From Phoronis australis (Eukaryota > Animalia > Phoronida), in NCBI GenBank assembly GCA_002633005.1, contig NMRA01000857.1, positions 57,066-119,171 on the forward strand: a DNA stretch of 62,106 nt, written 5' to 3'. A program made the position numbers and the translations under genes. This document shows positions 1-12,100 of this stretch, piece by piece. Every line of letters begins with the position of its first letter. Within the stretch, counting starts at the first letter, position 1. The notes beneath the pieces were generated by a model that worked only from the letters and a program-made list of their open reading frames with translations, searched no databases and had not been told where the DNA came from.

Positions 1-240
1 AAATTTGTTTTTAATTCTATGTTTCTGTGGTGCTTTAAGCAACTGGTGTATAGGATGTGCTTGTATTATGAAGATTACTCACATTTTGCCCCTAGCCTAT
101 TGAGGAGACAATGACCATGCCTTTCCATTTTGCAAAGTATGCCCTCTACTGGCCACTTTATGGTACCAATAAACAACCCTAGAAGGATACCGTATGCGGT
201 GCAATTGTGGGCGCATTTCAACGCTCCGCGTTGCTCTTGT
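1..240 (+). mobile_element. 3' end of non-autonomous Helentron (HINE/DINE-1-like), copy 0
   Basis: Ends with aataaacaaccct...gtgggcgcatttcaacgctccgcgttgctcttgt, the same subterminal IR, 3' stem-loop and terminus as the copies ending at 8414 and 13878. The 5' boundary is uncertain or outside the window. Confidence 0.7.
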
Positions 241-610
241 TTGTTGTGTTATCACACCCAGGTTCGTTTTTACGCCGTCATAGTCCATATCACTCATGAG
301 TTGTTCAGTCTCTGAAAACAGTTTCGTGATGATGCCGCGGTGGGCTCCGGGCCTCGTCTCCTCCTCTCTCGAGTAAGTTTCTGTTGTGCTGTCACAGATT
401 CCATTACGTCGATTAGGTTTCGGCACCAGAAAATTGTGTGGAATGAATTGGGAGAGCAAAAGTGATAACTGGTTCGTGTAGGGTTAAAAGAACAACTGAT
501 TTTATTTGCAGAGAAACTACAATATATAATACAGTCATGCAGCCACCTGTAGTAATCACGTGGTATGAGTAGGAAGAGTTAAACTAACCTATAGTATTAA
601 ACGTGTAGAT
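241..610 (-). mobile_element. 5' fragment of an LTR retrotransposon (BEL/Pao-like): partial LTR, tRNA-Phe primer binding site and start of gag
   Basis: Minus strand reads LTR-like sequence with AATAAA ending ...cacaca, then TGGTGCCGAAACC (416-428), complementary to the 3' end of tRNA-Phe. An ATG at 404 gives MESVTAQQKLTRERRRRG/(frameshift)GAHRGIITKL, resembling BEL/Pao gag N-termini. Cut off by the Helentron end at 240. Confidence 0.55.
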
Positions 611-619
611 GGGCCCAAA

Positions 620-2900
620 TAAGGCACAATTCTCAAAATAGATAAAATCATCAAGAATCATTCTTAACATTCTTGAATAATCAGTGCACTGAGGTTGTCT
701 TCGGGTAGTGTTCCGGATTCACATATGGCCATGGCCATGTAATTGTTGCCCTATAATAAATTGCTTGAGAAGTTTAAATCTTGAAAGATTGTTCGCCTTG
801 ATATTGTTAATGTTAGTGAATAAGACCGTTGAAGCTGGCTGAACCCTGAGTACCTGGGACAAAAGCAATGAACACTAGGGTAGGCATGAAAATTCCCACC
901 ACCACTAATTTAATTACATTAACTTAGGCAAAATCTTGCAAATAGAAAACTGATGGATGAGTAACATTAAAAAGTGAAGTGGATAGGCGCACTACGGATG
1001 TGAGTTTAATACAAATAGATGAAAGTCAACGGGGTAGACAATTTGTACATATGTAGAACATGTACTTAGTGATGATAAGATATTGCCAACTACATTGTCT
1101 TGTAACACATGACGCCCGGCGCCCGAGTCAAACAGAGCTCTAAGTCAATACGGTACTTGTTTGGCCGTTTTCAGCTTGAACGTCAATGGTGATTAAAATT
1201 GAAACAACTTAAGAAGCGAATTTAACTCATGAAGTAAGTCACAGTTGATGGGGTGACTAGATCAGTAGATGAAAATGAATCATTTGAGGTAACAAACATG
1301 CACATGTATTTGAATGATACAACTATACAGTTGTCAAGTTCAGTGTAGTTTCATAATCATGACACAAGTGAGACGTGAAAGTCCTTAAAAATATGCATTA
1401 CTGAGATAAAAGATGTTCTGATTTCACTCCTTGTTGTCTCATTGTTATCAGGAAGCCATGCGTGTAAACTGCAACTAATTGACCCAGAAGTGCATTTAAA
1501 GTACATTATCACTTGCAAAATCAAAATTCAAGCGAGCTGTACTTTTTGCTGCACCGAGTTTGTCCGTGGGCCAAAAGTTGTCATGCCAATATCAAAATCA
1601 AAATTTATCGGCAAGAGCTGATTTTGGCTTCGTTTGAGCGCATAATTATGTTATTGGGTCACAGGTTTTTTCACAGAACGACTTGTAAGCATACGTCAGC
1701 ACATTGTCACTTCAACCAGAATCTAAATTTATGTTAACGTGTACCAAGAGAGTATACAGCGGCCTTTTGGTAACCACAATGAAGCAATTTCTGTAAATTT
1801 GGATTTGGGGTAGATTTGGAGTCAGAAAATAATAGTGTGCTTGCAAGGTAATAATCACTATGACAGCGCGTCTTAGTTATGTAACCCTTTCATTATAAAC
1901 ACTGCACCAGTAAACGGATGAGTGGGTTAAAGACGAGAATTTGTTTATTAATGGGGGCCTGTAGGAGCAGACTCTGAGCGAAAGAGACTCGTGCTGCCCC
2001 ATAACAGAGCAAACAAATGCAGCGAGAGTTGACTGCGGGATTACGCTGTAGCTTTAATTTTACATTGAATAATATGTGTTGCATTCTACAAATCATACTT
2101 GCCAATTGATGCGGAGTACAGGCTACAGTTCACAGTTTTCGAGTACAAGTAAGTCAGTCTCGGAAGAGATTTGCTCGATCTTGTTATCTTTCAGTTGAAT
2201 CAAAATGTTTCCCCGGGGGTCCAGGTTCTGTCTATTGTGTGTGACTTCACGAGGCGCCGACAGCGAGCAAAGTAGACTGGATCAGGCTTTTGGTCACATT
2301 TTTGTTAATGTACAGTGGTCTGTCTTGGGATCTGAGTTTACTTTTATGGTGGAGAAGCATCGCACGGTTGTTGTAAGGTATGAATTTGCATATGATTGTA
2401 CTTGACTGATTGGGTTTCTTGGGTCCTAGTCTGTGAGATCTACATATGTCTTCGTAACTAATGTCGATATTAAGCATCTTGCCGAGATCAATAACAGCTC
2501 TATCTGTTACCCCTTTGAGTTCGTTTTCTGGCTCGTTGATTCCGAGGATTACTATGTTATTTCGACGAGAATATTGCTCGAGGCTGTCCACACTATTTTG
2601 AAGGTCACGAACTTGCACTTTGAGGTCATCAATCTGGTCGTCCTTTTCCGTTAGTTTGGATTCATAGAAGCTCTTAATTTCGTTTAGGGCAGGATCTATC
2701 AGTTGCTCTCTCTACGTTTTGATCACTTCGGGCGATGTTAGTGCCCTTTGAAACCTCAGAATTTCAGGATAACTTTCACAGGTACTGCGATCTGCCTCAC
2801 GGACTGGGGTAATACTTCTAATCCAGTGTAGTTTGCGTCATCTTAGAAATCACATTTAATGCAGTGCTTTCGGTGCTAGCGTTCCTTTTTCTATTTTCGT
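620..2900 (-). mobile_element. Degenerate CR1/L2-like LINE fossil (ORF1 remnant plus decayed ORF2)
   Basis: ORF 2247-2618 (LEQYSRRNNIVILGI...ICRSHRLG...IICKF...LYIN) matches the L1-type ORF1 RNA-binding domain pattern. Decayed EN-like (NFDFDIG, ~1600) and RT-like (VP..QGS...LFTNINNI, ~860-800) fragments lie downstream on the same strand. Boundaries approximate. Confidence 0.55.
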
Positions 2901-2964
2901 CCTCCATGGTTTGATATTAAGCCTTGTTTCTCGTCAAAGTTAGGTGGAAAATTTTCAGAAATTC

Positions 2965-5359
2965 AAACTCACATCTCAGTGGCGGGAAAAAGTCACATGA
3001 TTGCACTGTGCAGCTGCCCTCAAACAATTTAAAAAATAGAAACATTTTAATCATCCTTAATACAGTAGTTCAGCCTTTGAAAATAGAGGAATGGTCATGT
3101 TGGCAATAGTTTTTGTTTGAAATTGATTCTTTTTGTACCGTACAGCTAAAATTTCATCTGACGCTTCCTGTTTAAATAGCACATAATTGGAAGAGTAAAA
3201 ATTTTCCTTGCTAAAAACTCTAATTTAAGAATTTTCAAAATGTGAGATACTGAAATATGCGCAACATTTGAATTTTCAAGATTAAATGAATTACAGAACA
3301 CAGGCAATATTGTCCGGATGCAGACACCCGTCAAGAACGGGGCATTTGTTTAACAAAACAATGACTACCCGAGTATAGTGTTACAAAATTTGATACCATT
3401 ATTGACACGATAGCAACGTTGTTGTATGTGCCACCATCCAGGGTCCGGCACCTTTTTACGTTTTGTTACACATTAAATTGAAGGATGTTTTATGCACCTG
3501 TTTGTTTTGCTTTTTCCTCGTTGTACAAAACTGTAGCCTAACTGGAACCAGCGCTAGCAAATAATACCGCTTTGAGGTAGTGGTGTAGTAACATTTCTAA
3601 AATCAACTACTAAACCAAGACCTTAGAAATAACGTTAATATTATTAGAGGTGTTTTACAAAAGTTCGCGGAATGGCCTCAACCATAAATCTGTTTATCAC
3701 TACAATTTTTTTTCGTATCCTACGACTTCGTCAGGTAGACATGTAATTGCAATATATAAACAGGTTTTCCGACAAGATTTTTAAGGAAAAAAGTCGTATG
3801 CGAAGTCCTTTACAACTTTTGATCTACACGGGTTTATCGTTACACACGGATTGTTGCGGTGTACGACTTCGTACGGTTCGACTCCAATTTGAGAAGTCGT
3901 ATCGGAACACCAGTGACACTTCGCTTCGATTAATCGTATTTATAAAGCAGTGGCATGCAAAAAACCGCAGAGTTCAGACAGGAGTGAGTGAAATAACTGC
4001 TACATACAGGCGAACTAACTTACTAAGGAGGATCCAGGTTTCCCGGCCCTCAGCGACAAAAAATATAGAAAAAAAATAAAGCAAAAAATAAAGAAAAAAG
4101 AACGCCGCCACTACGCTATTTTAGGAGTTAGTCTAACATTTTCCTTTGAAATTCGTAGTTNCAAACTCACATCTCAGTGGCGGGAAAAAGTCACATGATT
4201 GCACTGTGCAGCTGCCCTCAAACAATTTAAAACATAGAAACATTTTAATCATCCTTAATATAACAGTAGTTCAGCCTTTGAAAATAGAGGAATGGTCATG
4301 TTGGCAATAGTTTTTGTTTGAAATAGATTCTTTTTGTACCGTTGAGCTAAAATTTCATTTGACGCTTCCTGTTTAAATAGCACATAATTGGAAGAGTAAA
4401 AATTTTCCTTGCTAAAAACTCTAATTCAAGAATTTTCAAAATGTGAGATACTGAAATATGCGCAACATTTGAATTTTCAAGGTTAAATAAATTACAGAAC
4501 ACAGGCAATATTATCCGGATGCAGACACCCATCAGGAACGGGGCATTTGTTTAACAAAACAATGACTACCTGAGTATAGTGTTACAAAATTTGATACTAT
4601 TATTGACACGATAGCAACGTTGTTGTATGTGCCACCATTCAGGGTCCGGCACCATTTTACGTTTTGTTACACATTAAATTGAAGGATGTTTTATGCACCT
4701 GTTCGTTTTGCTTTTTTCCTCGTTGTACAAAACTGTAGCCTAACTGGAACCAGCGCTAGCAAATAATACCGCTTTGAGGTAGTGGTGTAGTAACATTTCT
4801 AAAATCAACTACTAAACCAAGACCTTAGAAATAACGTTAATATTATTAGAGGTGTTTTACAAAAGTTCGCGGAAAGGCCTCAACCACAAATCTGTTTATC
4901 ACTACAATTTTTTTTCGTATCCTACGACTTCGTCAGGTAGACATGTAATTGCAATATATAAACAGGTTTTCCGACAAGATTTTAAGGAAAAAAGTCGTAT
5001 GCGAAGTCCTTTACAACTTTTGATCTACACGGGTTTATCGTTACACACGAATTGTTGCGGTGTACGACTTCGTATGATTCGACTCCAATTTGAGAAGTCG
5101 TATCGGAACACCAGTGACACTTCGCTTCGATTAATCGTATTTATAAAGCAGTGGCATGCAAAAAACCGCAGAGTTCAGGTAGGAGTGAGTGAAATAATTG
5201 CTACATACAAGCGAACTAACTTACTAAGGAGGATCCAGGTTTACCGGCCCTCAGCGACAAAAAAATATAAAAAAATAAAGCAAAAAATAAAGAAAAAAGA
5301 ACGCCGCTACTACGCTATTTTAGGAGTTCGTCTAACATTTTCCTTTGAAATTCGTAGTT
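2965..5359. repeat. ~1.2-kb direct tandem duplication (2965-4160 and 4162-5359) separated by a single n
   Basis: Near-identical copies, both starting caaactcacatctcagtggcggg and ending gaaattcgtagtt, with scattered SNPs and small indels. The junction is exactly the n at 4161, so this is probably two haplotypes assembled in tandem. Confidence 0.9.
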
Positions 5360-5459
5360 ACCCCTCTTTCGACATCCTAGATCCGCCAGTAGAGTGGTTC
5401 GTCAGAAATAATTCAACAACAATAATAGCGATCAGTCGACAACTCCGTCACCACGGGGC

Positions 5460-5545
5460 CTGGAACAGCGTAGTTTGCTTCGTGACTTTCATTTGCATAT
5501 GAACAACAACGGACACCCGTAGTTTGCCTATAACTCTGACGTCAC
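5460..5545. promoter_or_regulatory. Motif cluster upstream of the GST: octamer, CRE and a duplicated 10-mer
   Basis: ATTTGCAT at 5491-5498, TGACGTCA at 5537-5544, CGTAGTTTGC at 5469-5478 and 5518-5527. Function inferred from position only. Confidence 0.35.
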
Positions 5546-5599
5546 TTTACATCTGCTCAGAATATCAAAACGGGTCAACACCTAGCCTGCCACACCACA

Positions 5600-5965
5600 A
5601 AAAGTGCTTTATCGAAGGTTATTTCTGTTCCGAAGTTATCAGACTTCGCAACAAGCGGCAGATGCCGCGGCTGCTCACGAACCCGACAAACCCTGTTCAC
5701 CGACTCACGAAACACGACTTTGCGCCTCAAAAACCCGTGCCGGGACTCACAGACACGGCTCACTGGCTGACCGCCCCAGTGAAACTCGGTACACGGAGAT
5801 GACGTTCGTGAGAGGTGTTTGCAAGCCCGGCCACCAGTTTTTGGGGTGCGCAAGCCGTGAATTGGTAGTCGGACACCGCGTTTCACTGTCTGTAAACACT
5901 GCTTAGTTGTCGTTGTGTCTCAAGTCCGTGAACTGAGTTTATCCGACCTGTGAACTGTGTTTCTA
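5600..5965. repeat. Long imperfect inverted repeat (rod-like hairpin; old MITE or structured RNA)
   Basis: 5720-5744 pairs with 5826-5853, 5700-5705 with 5867-5872 and 5642-5646 with 5922-5926. Repeated YTCACRR motifs point inward on both arms. Confidence 0.65.
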
Positions 5966-6158
5966 AATGAACTTGAAGTACCCATTCTCGAGTGCGACAC
6001 TCCTGTTGGTCGGGTCAATCTAAGTGCCACGGTATATTGTCCAGTGAGAGGATTTCAAAACCATTCAGGTACAAATCGGAATCAACCAAACATCTAATTC
6101 TGGTATTTAGTCATGTCAGAGACCGATTCTTGGATTCTCTTGTTTTACAGCAGAAGAC

Positions 6159-9100
6159 ATGTCCTACAAACTCGTCTACTTCAACGTAAGAGGCAAGACT
6201 GAATGTCTTCGTTATATATTCGCTTTGGCGGGACAGGAATACGAGGATAAACGGATAGAACTGGTTCCAGGAAATCCAACCTACAGTGACGAATGGCTGC
6301 AATATAAACCAAGTGAGTAAAATTCCAGTCATCAGGTGGTGAAATCGTTTCGTTCACGCCGGTATATTGGCTTACCAAAGACGGTCTCTGGGCCTAACAA
6401 AGACCAGGGGCGGATCCAGGTTTTTGAGTTAGGCGGAGCCAGGGCAGAGTATTAGCCAGGATTTTGCCCGTCAGACATTCGCGCCCCCGAACTGCCAAAT
6501 GGAGAATGCAGAATTTAAGGGGGCCTGGCCTCCTTGGCCTCCTCTAAATCCGCCACAGAAGACGAATAATTCAAAAAATGCAGTACGTCTACGTTTATCG
6601 GAACGTGCAGTTTGTGAATATTTCTACATGTATTTTGGTACTCATCGATTTTTATGCGCCCACATATTTATATGTGGACGCATTATGCCGTCATCTCGGT
6701 CCGGCGTCCGTCCGGCGTCCGTCTGTCCCGGGTCCGCTGCTCTATCTCCAAAACCGTCTGACGTACATTCTTTTGCACATATGTTCCTATCATGGATGGG
6801 ACGGCATGAGCGAACTTTCGGACGGATCTGACAACCGGTGTGCCCCCTAGTGGCAATTTTACGCTTACGTCTATATCTTCAAAGGTCCTAAACGTATTTT
6901 CATAAAATTTGACATATAGGCATCTATTAGTGAGATGACGCTATCCTCCCGTTTTCGGATGGATTCAACGTAGTTTGCGCCACCTAGTGGCCATTTTTGC
7001 TGTTTTCGAGTCTGTTTTTGGCATCCACCCCTCTATCAACCAAACCGCTCTAAGGATGATCGTTGAAATTGGCATGTATGTTTTTATTATGAACAGGACG
7101 GCTGACGATGATTTTCCGTCGATTTCGACAACTGTGGAGCCTCCTAGTGGCAATTTTGTCTCTTTTTGCTCCCATGGCTGTATCTCCTAAACCGTTGGCA
7201 AGAACTTTACCAGATTCTGCAAGTATATTTATATTATGTTGACGATGGATGACGACAACTTTCCAACGGATCTGACTACCGGTGTGCCCCCTAGAGGCTA
7301 TTTATGTTTTTTACGTTTACCTCTGTATCTTCAAAGGTCCTCAACGTATTTCCATAAAATTTGAAATATAGGCACCTATTAGTGAGATGAAGCTATCCTC
7401 CCATTTTTGGATGGATTCGACGTAGTTTGCGCCACCTAGTGGCCATTTTTGCTGTTTTCGACTCTGTTTTTTGGCGTCCACCCCTCTATCAACCAAACCG
7501 CACGAAGGATGATTGTGAAAATTGGCATGTATGTTCTTACTACGAAGCTGACGATGATTTACCAATGACTTCGACTACTGTGGCGCGTCCTAGTGACAGT
7601 TTTTTTGCGCCCATTGCTGTATCTTCTACACTGTTTGCAGCATCTTTGCTAAATTTAGCAAGTGAATTTATAAGATGTTAACAACGGATGACAACAATTT
7701 TTGGACGGATCTGACTACCAGTGGGCCCCCTAGTGGCAATTTTCATTTTTTAGGCTTACCTCTGTATCTTCAAAGGTCCTCAACGGATTATCAGAAAGTT
7801 TGGAACGTAGGCATTTATTGGTGAGATGATGCTATCCTCCCACTCTCGGATGGAATCGAGGAACTTTTGCGGCACCTAGTGGCCATTTTTCCTCTTTTCG
7901 AGTCTTGTTCTTTGGCGTCCACCCCTCGATCAACCAAACCATTCTGAGGATGACTTTGAAAATTGGTGTATATGTTCTCAGTGTGAAGAGGACGGTTGAC
8001 AATAACGCATTCGACTACTGTAGCGCCTCCTACTGGTAGTTTTGTTTTGTTTTGCGCCAATAGCTGCATCTCCTAAACTTCTGCAGAATCTTTATTAAAT
8101 TTAGTAATTGTATTTATATGAAGCGAACAACAAATGACGACGTCTTTCAGGCGGATTCAATGAAGGCTGTGTCCAAAGTGTTAATGTCATTATTTTTTGT
8201 TTTCTTTCGTTTCTCTGAAGTTCCTTGACAGATTTTTATGAAATTTTCTAAATAGCTTTCTATTAAAGAAGCGATAGCATGTAGCCATTGTCAGATGGAT
8301 TGGATGTTTTTTCGTCCTCTGGTGGCTATTTTTATGAACCAAATAAACAACCCTATAAGCACTCCGTTTGCAGTGCATTCGTGGGCGCATTTCAACGCAC
8401 CGCGTTGCTCTTGTAAACCGTTATGTTTGTTTTCGGAAAATTGCAGGCTTGACTATCGATTAATGTCTAATGTGGAAGAACGGCTCCTTTATTTCGCATC
8501 TAATGAATGGTTTTAGCATTTTGATTTGTTCTACAGGAATGATTTAGTGCACCGATAGAGACTCCACGTCACAAGTTTCATCCTCTCTAGGGACTAGTGC
8601 ATTAATATTGGCACATGTGTTGCCATGGTAACAAACGAAATTCTCCCTTAGGACAGGCAGGTAGACATCAAATCATTAGTGTAGTGCGTTCAAGCGTTCT
8701 CATATTTTTTATAAGAAGAATGGATTCCACTGACAAAGAACATGCAGTTCTCGCTTAGCTTAACACCAAACATAGATATTTGACCAGTTTTAACTATTTC
8801 AGCTACTCTATGGGGCACTGTTCCAGAATTAGAATACAACGATCTCCGGCTCTGTCAGACACCTGCCATTGCAAGATTCCTCGGAGCTCAATTTGGTAAA
8901 CTTAATACATCTCTTATCACATCAGCGAATAAAAACGTAGAGAACATTGCCTTGCCGCCGCAACAATAAACACGGATCCCAAGTAAAAAAAAATATAATA
9001 TACATCATTGAGTTTGCAAAGGACTAAATCATCGTTTTGCAATTTTAAGGCAACCTACACTTTAAGTTCATGAAGTCATAAGTTCTTTTATGTACCCACA

Positions 9101-12100
9101 TATTTGTATCTGGGTGCATTTTGCTGACGTCACCGTCCGTCGTCTGCTGCTGTATTTCGAAAACCCCTTGATATGGATGTTCCTGAAATTTTCCAGACAT
9201 GCTCTTATCGTGGATGGGACGGCATGAGCGAATTTTCGGACGTACCCAAGTACCAGTGCGTATTCGGATAACAATTTTAAGAGTTTTTTCGTTTAGCCAT
9301 GTATCTTCGGACTTCCTTGACAAGATTTTCATGAAAACTGGCAACGCCACTTTGTCGTTTTCAGATGAAGTCTACGTATTCTGTGCCAACTAGTGGCCGT
9401 TTTACTGCTTTTGAGTCTCATGTTTGGCGTTCGCTTCTCCATCGGCCAAATCACTCTAAGAATGGTTATGAAAATTGGCATTCATGTTCCTGCTAAGAAG
9501 AAAACCGGACGGCTCCGACTACTGCACCACAGCCTGATAGCAGTTTGTTGCATCAACGACTTATCTTCTGAACCTCTCGCAGGAGCTTAGTTAATTTTGC
9601 AGGTATATCATGCGCGCTCCCAGCCTTTAATATGGGGAGGGGGGGGGNNNNNNNNNNNNNNNNNNNNNNNNNNNNNNNNNNNNNNNNNNNCTCCCCCTGG
9701 GTGCGCGCATGTATATTTCTGCATAATTGACAATGCCATGGCGGCGATTTTCGGACGAGTGCGCGTTCCGCTGTGCCCCTACATTTTCCTCTGTATCTTT
9801 GGAGTTCTTTGACGGATTTTAGTGAAATTTGTAACATTCGCACCAGATTGGGCGTATTGTAAGCCACCTAGTGAGCAGTTTTCTATTATTTTCGAAGCTC
9901 TCTGCCATCTGTCTAACAAACTACTTATTCTAAATATCCTTATGAAAAGCGAAATATGTGTTCCTACTGCATGCCTGGCAAGATGATTTTCAGAATGCTC
10001 CTGCTACTGTACGTGGGGTGCACCTTAGAGCCAGTCTTGTTTTGTTTTTCTCGTGCGCGATTCTATCTCCTAAACCTCTTTGCAGGATCTTTGTTAAATT
10101 TAACTGGTGTATTTCAGGGAATGTGGCGAAATATGATGATGACTTCGGGACAGATCCGACTACCGTTGTGTTTCCTATTGGCTACTTTATTTTTTACATT
10201 TTTCTCCATATCTTCAGAGTTTCATACAGATTTTCATGAAAATTGACTAATAGTCGATAACATCTCCCATTTGTTTTCTTGAATTCGATGTATTGTATGT
10301 CACCTGGTGGCCATTATTTATTATTTTTGAGTCTTGTCTGTGCTTCTCAGTATAGTGACTAAACTACTCTAAGGATCGTGAAAATAGCACATTTGATCCA
10401 ACTCGACAGTGCAGAACTGATTATGACTTTCAAACTGTCTGTCGGACTGTTATGGAGCCGTTTTGTCACAATTCTTTTGACTGTGGCTCAAAACAAGTTC
10501 CTTGATGGATTTTCATGAAACTTGCTACAATTTCTATTGAGGAGTGTACAACTGGCGTGGACGTTGGGACAAATCCGACCTCTTCATAATAGACTACCGG
10601 TAGTAGAAGTTTTGTTTTTTCTTTGCCTTTGCCTTGAAATCTAATAAGTTCCTTCATGAATTCATGAAAATTGGCAAATAAGTACTATCACACAGAGGAC
10701 ATCACCAGATGGGTTTGACCTACGATGCGCCCCCCGTCCCCCATTGTTTTGTGACCTTTGTCATTTGCCTCTCCCTCGCGTTATCTTGATCCGTTCAGTG
10801 AGAATGTTTAAATGACCATCTGCGTTGTATGCGGTGCACACGGTGGGTGCACATTAACGCTCCACATTGTTCTTGATGTGGTCTTTATTGTTAACACTGT
10901 CGTTTGTTTGTGAATATTCCACTTTCTTCAGGTTTAGCTGGGAAAACACCATTCCAAACGGCCCAAGTTGATATGATCATCAGCTGTCTTGAAGACATAT
11001 TTTCTACTATCGGTTTCATCAATCGTCAGCCAAGAGAAAAAAGAGTAAGTTTGAACGAGCATTTGTTTTAATTATTTTTAGATTTTAATGATTGTAGACA
11101 TGAAATGAACCTAGATGGGCAGACGTCCTTTGCAGTCATTCAAGTTTTAATTGCTCAACATAAATTGACTATAGCAAAGGGAATAGTTGTTGTACACATA
11201 ATTCTATCAGCCAGCACTACTGAAAATTGCGAAATTACCCAGGTTAACCATCTTTAAAACACAAAAATTATCACTGAATGGAGTTTTTAAGACTACCCTA
11301 TCCGCCAGGGTATTAACTCATCCGACTATCCGTCCATTTACCTCTTTTGAGTTAAATTCGCCCATCATTCACAACAGCGAATTTTCTCGACTGTCACCAT
11401 ACCACCTCAGTGACCCATTTCTCGAAGAGTGTTAAGACCTCAGTGACTGCGAATGGCCATAAATTGATTATTTGTCTCTTGGCTTTGACTTTCAGTCTTC
11501 TCCGGAGTGTCTTTGCAGTTGGCTTCGAGTTGGAGACAGATTTTCCTACATTTACCCTTAACCTGGCTTCGTTAATTACTTTCAAACCATCCTAGACTGG
11601 ATTTTAGCCAAAAATCAAAAGACTAATTGAGAAAGTCGACAGGAGTAAGCCAGAACCTCTTCTCTCGCTTGCTCCCTGTGCCTAGGCAGACTAGCACAAA
11701 CCTGCCTCATGCAACATGCGCGCACCCAGGGCGAGCTCGAATGAGCCCCCCATTTGGCGAAGTAGGTAAAAAAGGTCCGCCTCCGAGCGACAAAAAGTCC
11801 GAGATAACTGGACAAAAGAACACTAAATAAGCGCGAACGCGCACTTCACAGTGGTGCTCCCGTTTTTTTTTTCGCCCGCTGTTTTGTTAGGATAAGATCC
11901 ACGACGTCAAGAATTCGAGCCCCCCCAAATTGAAGGCTGAGTGCGCGCATGTGCAACACATCTCAACAGCGTGCCTTCATCTAATGAAAAAGCCCATGGA
12001 AGACTTAACAAATGTTTATAAAAGGGCCGGGGTATAATTCCACCTCCTTTTGGGTACCTCCCCAATTACATGAGCATAAGGAAAATCTTTGGTGTCTTTT

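Noticed and set aside
2965-5359. Apparent 1.2-kb tandem duplication and the 110-aa/216-aa ORFs within it
   Set aside because: The copies meet exactly at a single n and differ at allele-like levels, and a MITE complete in copy 2 is cut at the n in copy 1. This is most likely an assembly artefact. The ORFs have no recognisable domain.
5600-5965. SRP (7SL), 7SK, RNase P/MRP or telomerase RNA gene
   Set aside because: The diagnostic conserved motifs are absent, and T5 runs lie mid-hairpin on both strands, which argues against a Pol III transcript.
6840-8330. CRISPR-like array or coding repeats
   Set aside because: Eukaryotic context; the spacers are themselves homologous in a trimer pattern, there are no cas genes, and the short ORFs are incidental translations of Helentron repeats.
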